NCBI GenBank assembly: GCA_963725865.1
Contig: CAVSAC010000010.1
Span: 448,001 to 512,000, forward strand
Direction of reading: 5' to 3'
Length of the DNA stretch: 64,000 bases
Origin: Candidatus Eiseniibacteriota bacterium
GTDB taxonomy: Bacteria; Eisenbacteria; RBG-16-71-46
The stretch's first letter is position 1; every line of letters starts with the position of its first letter. The notes below the pieces were generated by a model. That model had not been told where the DNA came from and ran no database searches. It saw only the letters and a program-made list of their open reading frames with translations. This document shows, piece after piece, positions 28,549-39,100 of the stretch. The position numbers and the translations under genes are program-made.

Positions 28549-29173
28549 GTCTCCACTCCCTTTCTTCGTTGGTGGCGATGAGCACCAGCCCGCTGCGGGC
28601 GTGCTCGGCGACGAACCCCTCCATGACGCGTCGCCCCTCCTCGTCCATGTGCGAGCCCGGCTCGTCGAGCAGCAGCACCGGCGGCCGATGGAGCAGCGCG
28701 AACGCGAGCCGCAGGCGTTGCTTCATCCCCGAGGACAGGGCCGCGACGCGATCGTCCGCGCGCGCGCCCAGCCCGACGCGCTCGAGCGCGGCGCGCGCGG
28801 CCGCGGCCGGCGCCGCGAGCCCGTGCGCCGACGCGGCGAAGGCCAGGTTCTCGTGGCTGCTGAACTCGGGGTAGAACGCCAGCTCCGGAGTGGCCAGGCC
28901 GACGTGGCGACGGCGATCTGCCGGGAGGATCTCGCGGCCATCGCGGATCAGCCGCACCACGCCGTCGGTGGGCCGCAGCAGTCCCGAGAGGATGCGCAGC
29001 AGCGTGCTCTTGCCGGAGCCGTTCGCGCCGGTCACCGCGACCACACCGGGCGCCGCGACCTCGAACGACACCGGCTGCAGACCGCGCCGGCCGCCGTAGC
29101 GGTGGGCGAGCCGCTCCGCCGCGATCGTGACCGCGGTCGCGACCGCGGTCGCCGCCGGGGCCGCCGCGCTCAC
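28496..29173 (-). CDS. ccmA: Heme exporter ATP-binding protein CcmA
   Basis: GANGSGKST, LSSGMKQR and LLLDEP; directly upstream of ccmB. Confidence 0.9.
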   Translation of the reverse strand: MSAAAPAATAVATAVTIAAERLAHRYGGRRGLQPVSFEVAAPGVVAVTGANGSGKSTLLRILSGLLRPTDGVVRLIRDGREILPADRRRHVGLATPELAFYPEFSSHENLAFAASAHGLAAPAAAARAALERVGLGARADDRVAALSSGMKQRLRLAFALLHRPPVLLLDEPGSHMDEEGRRVMEGFVAEHARSGLVLIATNEEREWRLAGRRIELVGRGLGDPA

Positions 29174-30192
29174 GACTCCCCTCCCGCGCGCGCCGCCGCC
29201 GCCCCCAGCAGGTCCACCACCGCGGGCAGGATGGCCTCGCGCGCCTCGCGCCGGCTCGACCGCAGCAGGACGCCGGCCGCGTGCGGATGACCGCCGCCAC
29301 CGAGCCGCGCGCACACCTGGTCGATCGATACGCGCCCGGTGGAGCGCAGCGAGACCTTGACCCTGCCCGGCTCGACCTCGGAGAACAGCGCCACCACGTC
29401 GACTCCCGCGATGTTGCGCGGCATGTCCACCAGCCCTTCGGTGTCGGCGCCCACCAGGCCATGGCGCTGGAACTGCTCGGGCGCGGCCTCCAGCACCACG
29501 ATGCGCCCGTCGGCCAGCAACTCGATCGCCGCCAGGACCTCGCCGAAGAAGCGCAGCCGGCCGGCCGAGGCGTGCGAGTGCACCATCGAGTGCATGCGCT
29601 GCGGATCGACGCCGACCGCCAGCAGCTCGGCCGCCATCCGATGCGCGTGGCTGTCGGTGTTCGAGAAACGGAACGAGCCGGTGTCGGTCATCAGCGCCAC
29701 GTAGAGCGCCTCCGCCATCGGCAGGGTCAGCGTGCCACCTGCTTCGCGCACGAGGTCGAAGACGATCTCGCCGGTCGACGATGCTTCGGGCTCGATCACG
29801 TCAACCTCGCCGAACCCGTGCTGATGCGTGACGTGGTGATCCACCACCGCGAGCGCGATCGCATGGCGGTCGAGCAGCGGAGCGAGCCGGCCGATGCGCT
29901 GGCGGTTGCTGGTGTCGAGCACGATGAGCGCGTCGGCGCCCGCGAAGCGCTCCTCGGCCAGCGCGGGCTCGAAGACCTCGAGCGGCTGCTCGCGGGTGAG
30001 GAACGTGAACGCGGCCGGCACCACCGAGTCGTTGAGCACCTGCACCTGCTTGCCCTGCGCGCGCAGCCACAGCGACATCGCGACCTCGCTGCCGAGACCG
30101 TCGCCATCCGGGTTGATGTGCGTGGTGAGCAGGAACCGGCGGTGCTTCGCCACGAACGCATGGAACGCCTGGCGCTCCGGAGTCGAGGTCAC
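29170..30192 (-). CDS. nrnA: DHH/DHHA1 phosphoesterase (oligoribonuclease/pAp phosphatase NrnA-like)
   Basis: HINPDGDGLGS, VDHH, TDTGSF, SLRS and GGGGHPHAAG motifs. Confidence 0.92.
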   Translation of the reverse strand: MTSTPERQAFHAFVAKHRRFLLTTHINPDGDGLGSEVAMSLWLRAQGKQVQVLNDSVVPAAFTFLTREQPLEVFEPALAEERFAGADALIVLDTSNRQRIGRLAPLLDRHAIALAVVDHHVTHQHGFGEVDVIEPEASSTGEIVFDLVREAGGTLTLPMAEALYVALMTDTGSFRFSNTDSHAHRMAAELLAVGVDPQRMHSMVHSHASAGRLRFFGEVLAAIELLADGRIVVLEAAPEQFQRHGLVGADTEGLVDMPRNIAGVDVVALFSEVEPGRVKVSLRSTGRVSIDQVCARLGGGGHPHAAGVLLRSSRREAREAILPAVVDLLGAAAARAGGES

Positions 30193-30821
30193 GCCATGCC
30201 CCGCACGGCCGCCGGATCCGCGGCGAGTCCGGCGACCGTGGCCAGGAACCAGAGATGGAAGCGCGGGTCGGGCGTCAGCTCGGGATGGAACGTCAGCCCC
30301 ACGATCCGGCCCTGGCGGACGCCCACCGTCTCGCCGGCGTGGGTCGCGATCACCTCGACCCCCGGGCCGATCCGACGGATGCGCGGCGCGCGGATGAACA
30401 CACCGTCGAACGGCGCGCCCAGCACGGGGGCGTCGACGCGATCGCTGAACGACGCGATCTGCCGACCGTACGCGTTGCGCACGACCGTCACGTCGAGCGC
30501 CCCGAGGGGTGGGTGCGGCAGGCGCTCGCACTCGGTCGACAGCAGGATCACGCCCGCGCAGGTGCCGAGGACCGGCTTCTCGCGGACGAAGCGCTCGAGC
30601 GGCGCCCGCAGGCCGGTGGACTCGAGCAGTCGCAGCATGGTCGAGGACTCCCCGCCCGGCATCACGAGCGCTTCGAGGTCACGCAGATGATCGGGCTGGG
30701 ACACGCGCACCGGCTCCACGCCGTGCACGAGCAGGGCGCGCGAATGGAGCGCGTAGTCCCCCTGCAGGGACAGCACGCCCACCCGGGCCCCGGCCCTGGG
30801 CGCGAGGTCCCAGTCGGTCAT
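30189..30821 (-). CDS. pdxT: PLP synthase glutaminase subunit
   Basis: LQGD, PGGESST, GTCAG, RNAYGRQ, FIRAP and FHPEL motifs. Confidence 0.95.
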   Translation of the reverse strand: MTDWDLAPRAGARVGVLSLQGDYALHSRALLVHGVEPVRVSQPDHLRDLEALVMPGGESSTMLRLLESTGLRAPLERFVREKPVLGTCAGVILLSTECERLPHPPLGALDVTVVRNAYGRQIASFSDRVDAPVLGAPFDGVFIRAPRIRRIGPGVEVIATHAGETVGVRQGRIVGLTFHPELTPDPRFHLWFLATVAGLAADPAAVRGMA

Positions 30822-30825
30822 CCGG

Positions 30826-31740
30826 TCACCATCCACGCTTCGCGAGCAGCTGGTCCTCGGGCAGACTCTCGATCGAGATCCCGCGCATCGCCTGCGGCAG
30901 CCCGGTGCTCACCTCGGCGACCAGCTTCGCGTCGTCCCAGTTCGCCACCGCCTTGACGATCGCGCTCGCGACCTGGAGCTGAGCCTTGCGCTGCTCCTTG
31001 GGTGCGAGGTCCTTGCCGATCTCGAAGATGCCCGAGCCCACGAACACCGCCTCGGCCCCGAGCTGCATCATGAGGACCGCGTCGGCCGGGATCGCCACGC
31101 CGCCGGCGGCGAAGTTCGGCACCGGCAGCTTCCCGGTGCTCGCCACCTGGCGCACCAGTTCGAACGGCGCGCCCAGTTCCTTGGCCTCGTGCATGAGCTC
31201 GTCCGCGGTCAGCGTGGGCAGCCGCTTCAGCTGGCGCTGCACGGTGCGCATGTGGCGCACCGCCTCGACGATGTTGCCGGTGCCGGCCTCGCCCTTGGTG
31301 CGGATCATCGCGGCGCCCTCGCCGATGCGGCGCAGGGCCTCGCCCAGGTCGCGGCAGCCGCACACGAACGGCACCTTGAAGGCGTGCTTCCAGATGTGGT
31401 TCTCGTCGTCGGCGGGCGTGAGCACCTCGCTCTCGTCGATGAAATCGACCTCGAGCACCTCGAGCACCCGCGCCTCACCGATGTGCCCGATGCGGCACTT
31501 CGCCATCACGGGGATGTCCACCGACCGCTCGATCTCCTGGATCATCGCCGGATCGCTCATGCGAGCGACCCCGCCGTGCCGACGGATCTCGGAGGGGATG
31601 CGTTCGAGCGCCATCACCGCCGACGCGCCCGCCTCCTGGGCGATCTTGGCCTGGTCGGCGGTCATCACGTCCATGATGACGCCGCCCTTGAGCATCTCCG
31701 CCAGGCCCACCTTGAGCCGGAACTGTTCCTGATGGTCCAC
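30826..31740 (-). CDS. pdxS: PLP synthase lyase subunit
   Basis: [32 protein letters not shown] and NFAAGG motifs. Confidence 0.97.
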   Translation of the reverse strand: MDHQEQFRLKVGLAEMLKGGVIMDVMTADQAKIAQEAGASAVMALERIPSEIRRHGGVARMSDPAMIQEIERSVDIPVMAKCRIGHIGEARVLEVLEVDFIDESEVLTPADDENHIWKHAFKVPFVCGCRDLGEALRRIGEGAAMIRTKGEAGTGNIVEAVRHMRTVQRQLKRLPTLTADELMHEAKELGAPFELVRQVASTGKLPVPNFAAGGVAIPADAVLMMQLGAEAVFVGSGIFEIGKDLAPKEQRKAQLQVASAIVKAVANWDDAKLVAEVSTGLPQAMRGISIESLPEDQLLAKRGW

Positions 31741-31761
31741 GGTATCCCTCCTTCCGCGCGC

Positions 31762-32937
31762 TCAGGCGCTGTGCGGCACTGCCGGCCGGTCGAGCGCGCG
31801 CAGGCGCTCCACCGCGGGCGGCGTGATGTCCAGGATCCGGTCCACGTCCGCGTCGTCGTTGCCGTCACCGAGCGAGAACCGCACGCTGGCGTGCGCGTCC
31901 TCGGGCCGCAGCCCCATGGCCAACAGCACGTGGGACGGCCCGCTGGTGCCGGCGCTGCACGCCGAACCGGTCGAGACCGTCACCCCGAGCCGGTCGAGCT
32001 CGTGCAGCAGCGCCTCGCCGTCCACCCCCTCGATGCAGAGGTTCACGACGCTCTCCACCCGCGGGGCCCCCGCGCCGTTGACGCGCGCGCCCCGCAGTAC
32101 CGCCACCAGCCCGGAGGCCAGACGGCTGCCGCGCGATTCTAACCGCTCGGGGCCGTCGCCCGCGAGCCAGTGCCGGGCGCGCTCGGCGGCGGCCCCGAAG
32201 CCCACGATCGCGGGCAGGTTCTCGGTCCCGGCGCGGCGCCCGCGCTCCTGGTGCCCGCCGTGCACCAGCGGCACCACGCGAACGCGCCGCCGCACGACCA
32301 GCGCCGCCGCGCCGAGCGGGCCGCGCAGCTTGTGCGCCGCCAGCGTCAGCAGGTCCGCGCCCAGCTCCTCGATCGCGAGCGGTCGCTTGCCCGCCGCCTG
32401 CACGGCGTCGACGTGCAGGCGCGCGCCGCATGCGTGGGCCAGCTCGGCGGCGGCCGCCACCGGCTGGATCGTCCCGACTTCGTTGTTGACCGCCATCAGC
32501 GAGACCAGCGCCACGTCCGGCCCCATCGCCGCGCGGAGCGCCTCGAGGTCCACCACGCCCGTGATCGTGACGGGCACCACGGTCAGCGCGGTGCCGCGCG
32601 CCTCCAGATGGCGGGCGGTCTCCAGCACCGACGGGTGCTCGATCGCGGTCACGACCAGCCGAGTGCGCCCGGGCGGCGCCGCCATCACGGCGCCCTTCAG
32701 CGCCAGGTTGTTCCCCTCCGAGCCGCTGGCGGTGAACACCACCTCCTCGGGCAGCGCGCCGACCAGCGTCGCCACCTGCAGGCGGGCGTGCTCGATCGCC
32801 TCGCGCGCGGCCTCGCCGCGGCGATGCACCGAGGAGGCGTTGCCGAAGCGCTCGCCCAGATACGGACGCATCGCCTCGATCACCTCCGGCGCCGGCGGCG
32901 TGGTTGCCGCCCAATCGGCGTAGACCTCGCGCATCAT
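31762..32937 (-). CDS. iscS: Cysteine desulfurase (IscS/NifS group)
   Basis: DWAATTP, GNASSVH, NNEVGT, HVDAVQ, AAHK and STGSACS motifs. Confidence 0.92.
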   Translation of the reverse strand: MMREVYADWAATTPPAPEVIEAMRPYLGERFGNASSVHRRGEAAREAIEHARLQVATLVGALPEEVVFTASGSEGNNLALKGAVMAAPPGRTRLVVTAIEHPSVLETARHLEARGTALTVVPVTITGVVDLEALRAAMGPDVALVSLMAVNNEVGTIQPVAAAAELAHACGARLHVDAVQAAGKRPLAIEELGADLLTLAAHKLRGPLGAAALVVRRRVRVVPLVHGGHQERGRRAGTENLPAIVGFGAAAERARHWLAGDGPERLESRGSRLASGLVAVLRGARVNGAGAPRVESVVNLCIEGVDGEALLHELDRLGVTVSTGSACSAGTSGPSHVLLAMGLRPEDAHASVRFSLGDGNDDADVDRILDITPPAVERLRALDRPAVPHSA

Positions 32938-34001
32938 GCTCCCGGGGCGACCGACAGGGTCTGGATCGACACGCGCTGCGCCAGATGCCCGGCGATGCGG
33001 CGCAGCGCTTTCGAGTACTCGGTGTCGGGCTTCTCGGCGACCACCGGGCGGCCGCTGTCCCCGCCGATGCGGACGTCGGGGTGCAGCGGAATGGCACCCA
33101 GGAACGGCAGCCCCATCGCGAGCGCACGCGTCTCGGCGTCGCCGCTCGAGAAAATGTCGTGGCGCGAGTGGCAATCCGGGCACACGAAGTAGGACATGTT
33201 CTCGATCACCCCCAGCACCGGCACCTGGAGCTTCTCGAACATGCTGACCGCCTTGACACCGTCTTCGATCGCGACCATCGACGGCGTGGTCACCACCACC
33301 GCCCCCGACACCACGGTCTGCTGGATGAGCGAGAGCTGCACGTCTCCGGTCCCCGGCGGCAGGTCGACGAGCAGGTAGTCGAGGTCGCCCCAGTCCACGT
33401 CGTGCAGGAAGGACTTGATGGCGCCGTGCAGCATCGGCCCGCGCCACACCACCGCCTCGCCCTGCTCGACCAGCAGCCCCATCGACATGAACTGGAGCCC
33501 CCAGGCCTCGACCGGGGCGATCTTGCCGCCCCGCTGCGAGGGCTGGCGGCGCACGCCGAGCATGCGCGGCAGGTTGGGCCCGTAGATGTCGCCGTCGAGC
33601 AGGCCCACCTTGGCCCCCGACATGGCCAGCGCCACCGCCAGGTTCGCGGCCACGGTGGACTTGCCCACGCCACCCTTGCCGCTGCCGATCGCCACCACGT
33701 GGCCCACTCCCGCGAGCGCCTTGCGGTCCGCGCTCGGGTCCTTGGGCTTGCGCACGCGCGACGTGGTGGTGATGCGCACCGCGCCCACACCCGGCACCGC
33801 GGCGACCGCGGCCCTCGCCTCGCTCTCGATCTGCTCCTTCAGCGGACAGGCGGCCGTGGTCAGCACCAGGGTGAACGCCACGGCGTCGCCCTCGACGGCG
33901 AGATCCTCGATCATGCCGAGGGTGACGAGGTCGCGGTGCAGGTCGGGATCGTTCACCGTCCGCAAGGCCGCGAGCACGGTTTCCTGGGTCGGGATGGCCA
34001 T
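32934..34001 (-). CDS. mrp: Mrp/NBP35 (ApbC) Fe-S carrier ATPase with N-terminal DUF59
   Basis: DPDLHRDLV...TTAACP, GKGGVGKST, DLPPGTGD and ENMSYFVCPDC motifs. Confidence 0.95.
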   Translation of the reverse strand: MAIPTQETVLAALRTVNDPDLHRDLVTLGMIEDLAVEGDAVAFTLVLTTAACPLKEQIESEARAAVAAVPGVGAVRITTTSRVRKPKDPSADRKALAGVGHVVAIGSGKGGVGKSTVAANLAVALAMSGAKVGLLDGDIYGPNLPRMLGVRRQPSQRGGKIAPVEAWGLQFMSMGLLVEQGEAVVWRGPMLHGAIKSFLHDVDWGDLDYLLVDLPPGTGDVQLSLIQQTVVSGAVVVTTPSMVAIEDGVKAVSMFEKLQVPVLGVIENMSYFVCPDCHSRHDIFSSGDAETRALAMGLPFLGAIPLHPDVRIGGDSGRPVVAEKPDTEYSKALRRIAGHLAQRVSIQTLSVAPGA

Positions 34002-34182
34002 GGGTTCCCCGGGTGGAGACGCGCGGGCGCGCGCGATCGGCGCCCCGCCGGTTCGTGACAGTCTGTTGGATGCCTCGCCGCGCGGCCGATGCATGCGGAC
34101 ATCTCGCTCCCGTCGGGCTTCGTGAAGAGGGTCTGGGTGGGGGCACCCTCGCCTTACCTAGCCCATAGTGGGAGAACGGGTT

Positions 34183-34211
34183 AGATTAGCGGCGCACGGG
34201 TGGGAGGTCAA
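34183..34211 (-). promoter_or_regulatory. Sigma70-type promoter of the mrp-iscS-pdxST-nrnA-ccm run
   Basis: Minus strand TTGACC-N17-TAATCT. Confidence 0.6.
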
Positions 34212-34270
34212 CGCCCCCCCGCGCGCGCGGCGAGCGCATCGCTCGCGACCTCCATCCATCCGAAAGAACC

Positions 34271-35191
34271 ATGGCCCCGCCCGCACCCCTGGATCCCGCT
34301 CCGCTCGCCCTGCTGCCCGCGGCACCCGCGGACGACGTTCCCGCCGCGCCGTGGCGCGGACTCGACGCGCTCTGGATCCAGGTCGCGGGCACGCTGTGCA
34401 ATCTTGCGTGCACGCACTGCTTCGTTGCGTGCGGCCCGGGCGACCTGCACCACGCGCTCATGAGCCGCGCGGAGGTCGCGGCGCGGGTGGCCGAGGGACT
34501 CTCACTCGGCGTCCGCGAGGTCTACCTGACCGGCGGCGAGCCGTTCCTGCACCACGACCTGCTCGACATCCTGGCCGATACGCTGGCGGTCGCGCCGTGC
34601 ACCGTGCTCACCAACGGCACCCTGTTCACGGCCGCGCGGCTCGCGGCACTGCGGCAGCTCTCGGACGCCGCGGCGTACGCGCTCGAGCTGCGGGTGAGCC
34701 TGGACGGGGCGGACGCCGAGACGCACGACCGTTTCCGCGGCGCGGGCACGTTCGCGCGCACGCTCGCGGGACTGCGCGCCTGCGAGGCGCACGGCCTGCT
34801 GCCGATCGTGACGGTGACCCAGACCGAAGCGGAGGACCCGCTGGCGTTCCGCGAGCGCGTCGTCGCCCAGCTGCGCGCCGCGGGGCTCGCGCGTCCGCGG
34901 TTGAAGGTCCTGCCGCTGTTCCGGCTCGGGCGCGAGCGCGCGCGCACGCGCGACTACGACGCCACCGAGACGCTCGCCGGCCTGCCCCCGGAGCAGTTCG
35001 ACCCGACGCGGCTCCAGTGCACGAGCGGCCGCGCGGTCACCGCGCGCGGCGTCTACGTCTGCCCGCTGCTGGTCGACGCGCCCGCCGCGCGCATGGGCAA
35101 CACGCTCGCCGCGGCGCAGCGGCCGTTCCCGCTCGCGTACGGCGCGTGCTTCACCTGCCACGTGACCGGCATGAGCTGCGGCAACGGATGA
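34271..35191 (+). CDS. Radical SAM protein with Cys-rich C-terminus
   Basis: CNLACTHC (CxxxCxxC), TGGEP, TNG and VSLDG; C-terminal C...CP...CFTC....SC. Confidence 0.92.
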   Translation: MAPPAPLDPAPLALLPAAPADDVPAAPWRGLDALWIQVAGTLCNLACTHCFVACGPGDLHHALMSRAEVAARVAEGLSLGVREVYLTGGEPFLHHDLLDILADTLAVAPCTVLTNGTLFTAARLAALRQLSDAAAYALELRVSLDGADAETHDRFRGAGTFARTLAGLRACEAHGLLPIVTVTQTEAEDPLAFRERVVAQLRAAGLARPRLKVLPLFRLGRERARTRDYDATETLAGLPPEQFDPTRLQCTSGRAVTARGVYVCPLLVDAPAARMGNTLAAAQRPFPLAYGACFTCHVTGMSCGNG

Positions 35192-35973
35192 GCGCCGTGC
35201 GGCTCGCGCTGTTCGGGGGCGTCTACAGCAACGACCTCGCCCTCGCGGCCACGCTCGCGGACGTGGCGACGCGCGGCGCCGACGCGACCTGGTGCCTCGG
35301 AGATCTCGGCGGCTTCGGCCCGCATCCCGATCGCGCGGCCGCGCGGATGCGCGAGGCCGGGGTGCCGATGCTGCGCGGCAACTACGATGACTCGATCGGC
35401 CACGCGCGCGCCGACTGCGCGTGCGGCTACAGCGACCCGCGCGACGAGCACTTCGCGCAGCGCTCCTACGACTACACCCTCGCGCGGACGGCCGAAGCGC
35501 ATCGCGCGTGGATGCGCGGGCTGCCCGAGCAGCACCGCTTCGTCGCCGGCGACCGGCGAGTGCTGCTGTGCCACGGCTCGCCGCGGCGCGTGAACGAGTT
35601 CCTGTGGGCGAGCACCTGCTCGGACGCGTTCCTCGAGCGGCTGTGCGACGAGCACGCGGCCGACGTGATCGCGTGCACGCACACCGGGCTCCACTGGCAT
35701 CGGGCGCTGCCATCGGGCCGTCATGTGGTGAACGTGGGCGCGATCGGGCGCCCCGCGAACGACGGCGGCCCGCACGTGTGGTACGCGGTACTCGTGCTCA
35801 GTGCGGACGTGCGCGTGGAGTTCCGCCGCGTGGACTACGACCACGAGGCGCTGGCGCGCGAGATGGAGTCCGAGGGCCTGCCCGACGAGTTCGTCGCCAC
35901 CATCCGCAGCGGCTGGTGGACCACCTGCCTCGAGAACCTGCCCGCCAAGGAGCGCCGCGCCGGGCGGTTCTAG
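35188..35973 (+). CDS. Metallophosphoesterase-fold protein with degenerate metal site
   Basis: CLGD, RGNYD, CHGSP, THTG and NVGAIGRP motifs; ATGA overlap with the radical SAM gene. Confidence 0.85.
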   Translation: MSAVRLALFGGVYSNDLALAATLADVATRGADATWCLGDLGGFGPHPDRAAARMREAGVPMLRGNYDDSIGHARADCACGYSDPRDEHFAQRSYDYTLARTAEAHRAWMRGLPEQHRFVAGDRRVLLCHGSPRRVNEFLWASTCSDAFLERLCDEHAADVIACTHTGLHWHRALPSGRHVVNVGAIGRPANDGGPHVWYAVLVLSADVRVEFRRVDYDHEALAREMESEGLPDEFVATIRSGWWTTCLENLPAKERRAGRF

Positions 35974-36118
35974 CGGCCGCCCGCCCCCCCCGGCCTGCGG
36001 GGGTCGCGCCCGCATCCTCTCCTCAAGCCCGCCCCCGCCAAGGCCGATCACCTCGAGACGTCATCATCCGGGGGGGCCGCGTATGTCTCCCGGTCCGTCC
36101 CACCCCCACGGGAGGACC

Positions 36119-39100
36119 ATGGTCGGCTTCCGAGCCAAAGCGTTGCTGATCGCGAGCATCGCCCTCGGCGGCGCGCTGTCCGCGGCGGCCGCCCCGGCGG
36201 GGTCCGGCTCCGCCGCGGGCCGGCCTGCGGGTGCCACGCTGCTCGGCTCGATCGACGTGAGCGCCTCGCAGACGGGCCGCACGCTGCGCCCCGGCGACGC
36301 GCGGGTGCCGGTGTACGTGCTGGCGATGACGTACAACGCCCTGCTGGTGGGCTCGGAGACAGTCACCGAGATCGCGTTCGAGAACCGGACCGCCGGCCCC
36401 GGCAACACGGCGCAGAAGGACACCGAGTGGCAGTCGCTCGCGCTCTCGTGGAGCCGCAGGGCCGCCGACGCGCTCAGTCCGGCGAGTGCCACCCGCGCCG
36501 CCGCCTGGACGGGCGGCACGGTGCGCTTCACGGGGCTCAACATCCCGTTCGGCATCGGCGACTCGGCGTACGTCGTCGTCTGGGGGGCACCCTCGCTCGC
36601 CGCACGTGACGCGGACGCGCTCGATCTCCGTATCCCGTCCACCGGATCGATCCTCACCGGAGGCGGCTCGTCGGTGAACGTGACGAACGGCAGCACGCTG
36701 GATCCGGCCGCGAGCTTCCCGGTGGACGGCATGTCCGCCGCGCAGGTCATGCTGAGCCCGGTGCTCACGCCGTACTTCCCGATCGGCGCCGCCGGACAGC
36801 TCGCGCTCGCGGTGCGCGTCCCGCCCAACGGCTACGCGGCGGACCGCCTCGAGCGACTCGAGTTCGTCAACCTGGGCACCGCCGCGGTCCACTCCGACAT
36901 CGCCGCGCTCGATGCGTGGATCGACGACGGCGACGGGATCTACGAACCCGGTCAGGAGGCGTGGCTCGGCGCTCCGGCGTTCACGGGCACCAGCTGGGTG
37001 CTCGGGCTGGCGAGCCCGATCGACCTCCCGCTGCCCACGGGCGCGTGGATCTACCTGACCGTCGACGTCTCCGAGCAGGCGAAGGAGGGCGCCACCGTCC
37101 AGCTCGCGCTCCCGGGCGGTTCCGCCGGCACGCAGGCGTTCACCGTGACGAGCGGCAATGACGGTCCGAACGACCGCGCGATCGCCAATCCGGCCCAGAG
37201 CGTGATCAGCCTGGTCGACCGCGTCGTGGTCTCGCCCATCCCGCTGCCCTCGGGATTCGCGCGGCCGGGCGAGGCGCGCGTGCCGCTGTTCGCGATGACG
37301 GCGACCAACGTCTACACCGACGCGCGCGCGCTGACCGGCCTCGTGCTCACGCACGCCACGTCCGGGCCCGGCACCGCCGCCGAGCGCGACGCCGAGATCC
37401 AGCGCGTCGAGCTGCGGCTGGACGGGAACTCCGACGGCGTGCTCGGAGACTTCGTCAGCGACCCGGTGCTCGCCACCGCGGTGTTCGCGAACGGGCGCGC
37501 CAGCTTCTCCGGATTCTCGGTCTCCCTCGCGCCGGGCGCCAAGCGCTCCCTGTTCGTGACCGGCGACGTCTCGCTCCTCCACGCCGCCGACGGCGACCCG
37601 CTCGCGGCGACCGTCGGCACGCGCGAGGACCTCGCGTTCGACCGCAGCACCACGCTGTCGGGCTCCTTCCCGCTCTCCTCGGCGAACGCCTGGACGGTCG
37701 ACGGCATGATCGCGGCCCAGGTGGGCAACGCCGGCGCGCCGCCGCAGACGCTCGCGCCGAACGACGGCCCGCGCGAGGCGCTCGATCTGCTGGTGCACGG
37801 CAATGGCTACCAGGACGACGTCCTCCAGCGGCTCTCGGTGACCAACCTCGGCACCGCCGGCACCACGGACCTCGCCGAGGTGCGGCTGTGGCGCGACGGG
37901 GGTGACGGGGCGTTCAACGCGGGCGCGGGCGACGACGCCGACCTCGGAGCGATGGCCGCGGGAGCGGACACGTGGGACAGCGGAGCGCTGGCGGTCGCGC
38001 TGGGCCCGGCCGGGACCCGTCTGTTCGTCTCCGTGAGCGCCGGCGGCGCGCCGGCCGACTCCGCCACCGTGCGCCTCGCGGTGCCGGTGAAGGGCATCGC
38101 CGTGGCGTCCGGGAACGACGGCCCGGTCGACGTGCCCGTCGCCAATCCGGACGCGCTGCTGCTCGCCAACCGCGGCCTGCTCGCGAGCCTCGCGTTCGAC
38201 GCCGCGGCGGTGACCGCGGGCCAGACCGTCACACTCACGATGACGGTGCGCAGCACCGCGTCGGAGTCCCTCCTCGCGGTGACTCCGAGCGCACCGGCGC
38301 TCGCCGGCAGCGCCCGGCTCGGCCCGCTGTCCGGACCGAGCCCCGCGAGCCGCGCGCTGGCACCGGGCGCCAGCGGCGCGTTCGCCTGGACGTACTCCGC
38401 CGACAGCGCGGGCACGGTCCACGCCATCGCGAACGCCGCGGGCACCGGCGCCTCGAGCGGGCAGCCGGTGTCGTCGCTCGACACCCGGTCGGGCGCGCTT
38501 CGCGTGTTCGCGCGTGCCGACAGTCTCCCGCTGCAGGTCTTCGACGCCATGCCGCAGTCGGTGACCCGCGGCCAGCGCGGCGTGCTGCCGCTCTACCTGA
38601 CGTTCGTCCATCCCGATCCCGACGGCAGCCCGGTGAAGGTGACGGGATTCACCGTGCGGCTCGAACGCGAGGATGGCTCGGACGTGGCGCCGGCCTCGCT
38701 GCTCGCGCGCGCCGTGGTGCTCGCCGCCTCCGAGACGCTGCTCACCCGCTCCACGCTCGAGACCAGCGGCGCGGACCTGGATCTGGCGCTGGCGATCCCC
38801 GCCATCGTGGCGGGATCGGATCCCACCACCCTGGTGCTGGCGCTCGACGTCGCCGATTCCACCGTGGTGCCCGACTTCCGCATCGTGATCGCCGCGGCGA
38901 GCCGGGTGCGCGCCGAGGACGGCGCGACCGGTGCTCCCGTCACGATCCGGCTCCAGTCGCCGACCTGGCCGGTGCGCAGCGGGCTCGCCCGCGTCCAGGC
39001 CGGCGCCACCCAGCTCGAAGTCGCGGCGGCGCCGCTGCCGCCGGTGCGCGCGAGCCGCGGCCAGACCGAGGTGCCGCTCGGCACGTTCACGCTGTGGAGC

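Noticed and set aside
35161..35191. Selenocysteine readthrough at the TGA ending the Cys-rich radical SAM gene
   Set aside because: The TGA is part of an ATGA overlap with the next gene, and no SECIS-like element or meaningful extension was recognised.
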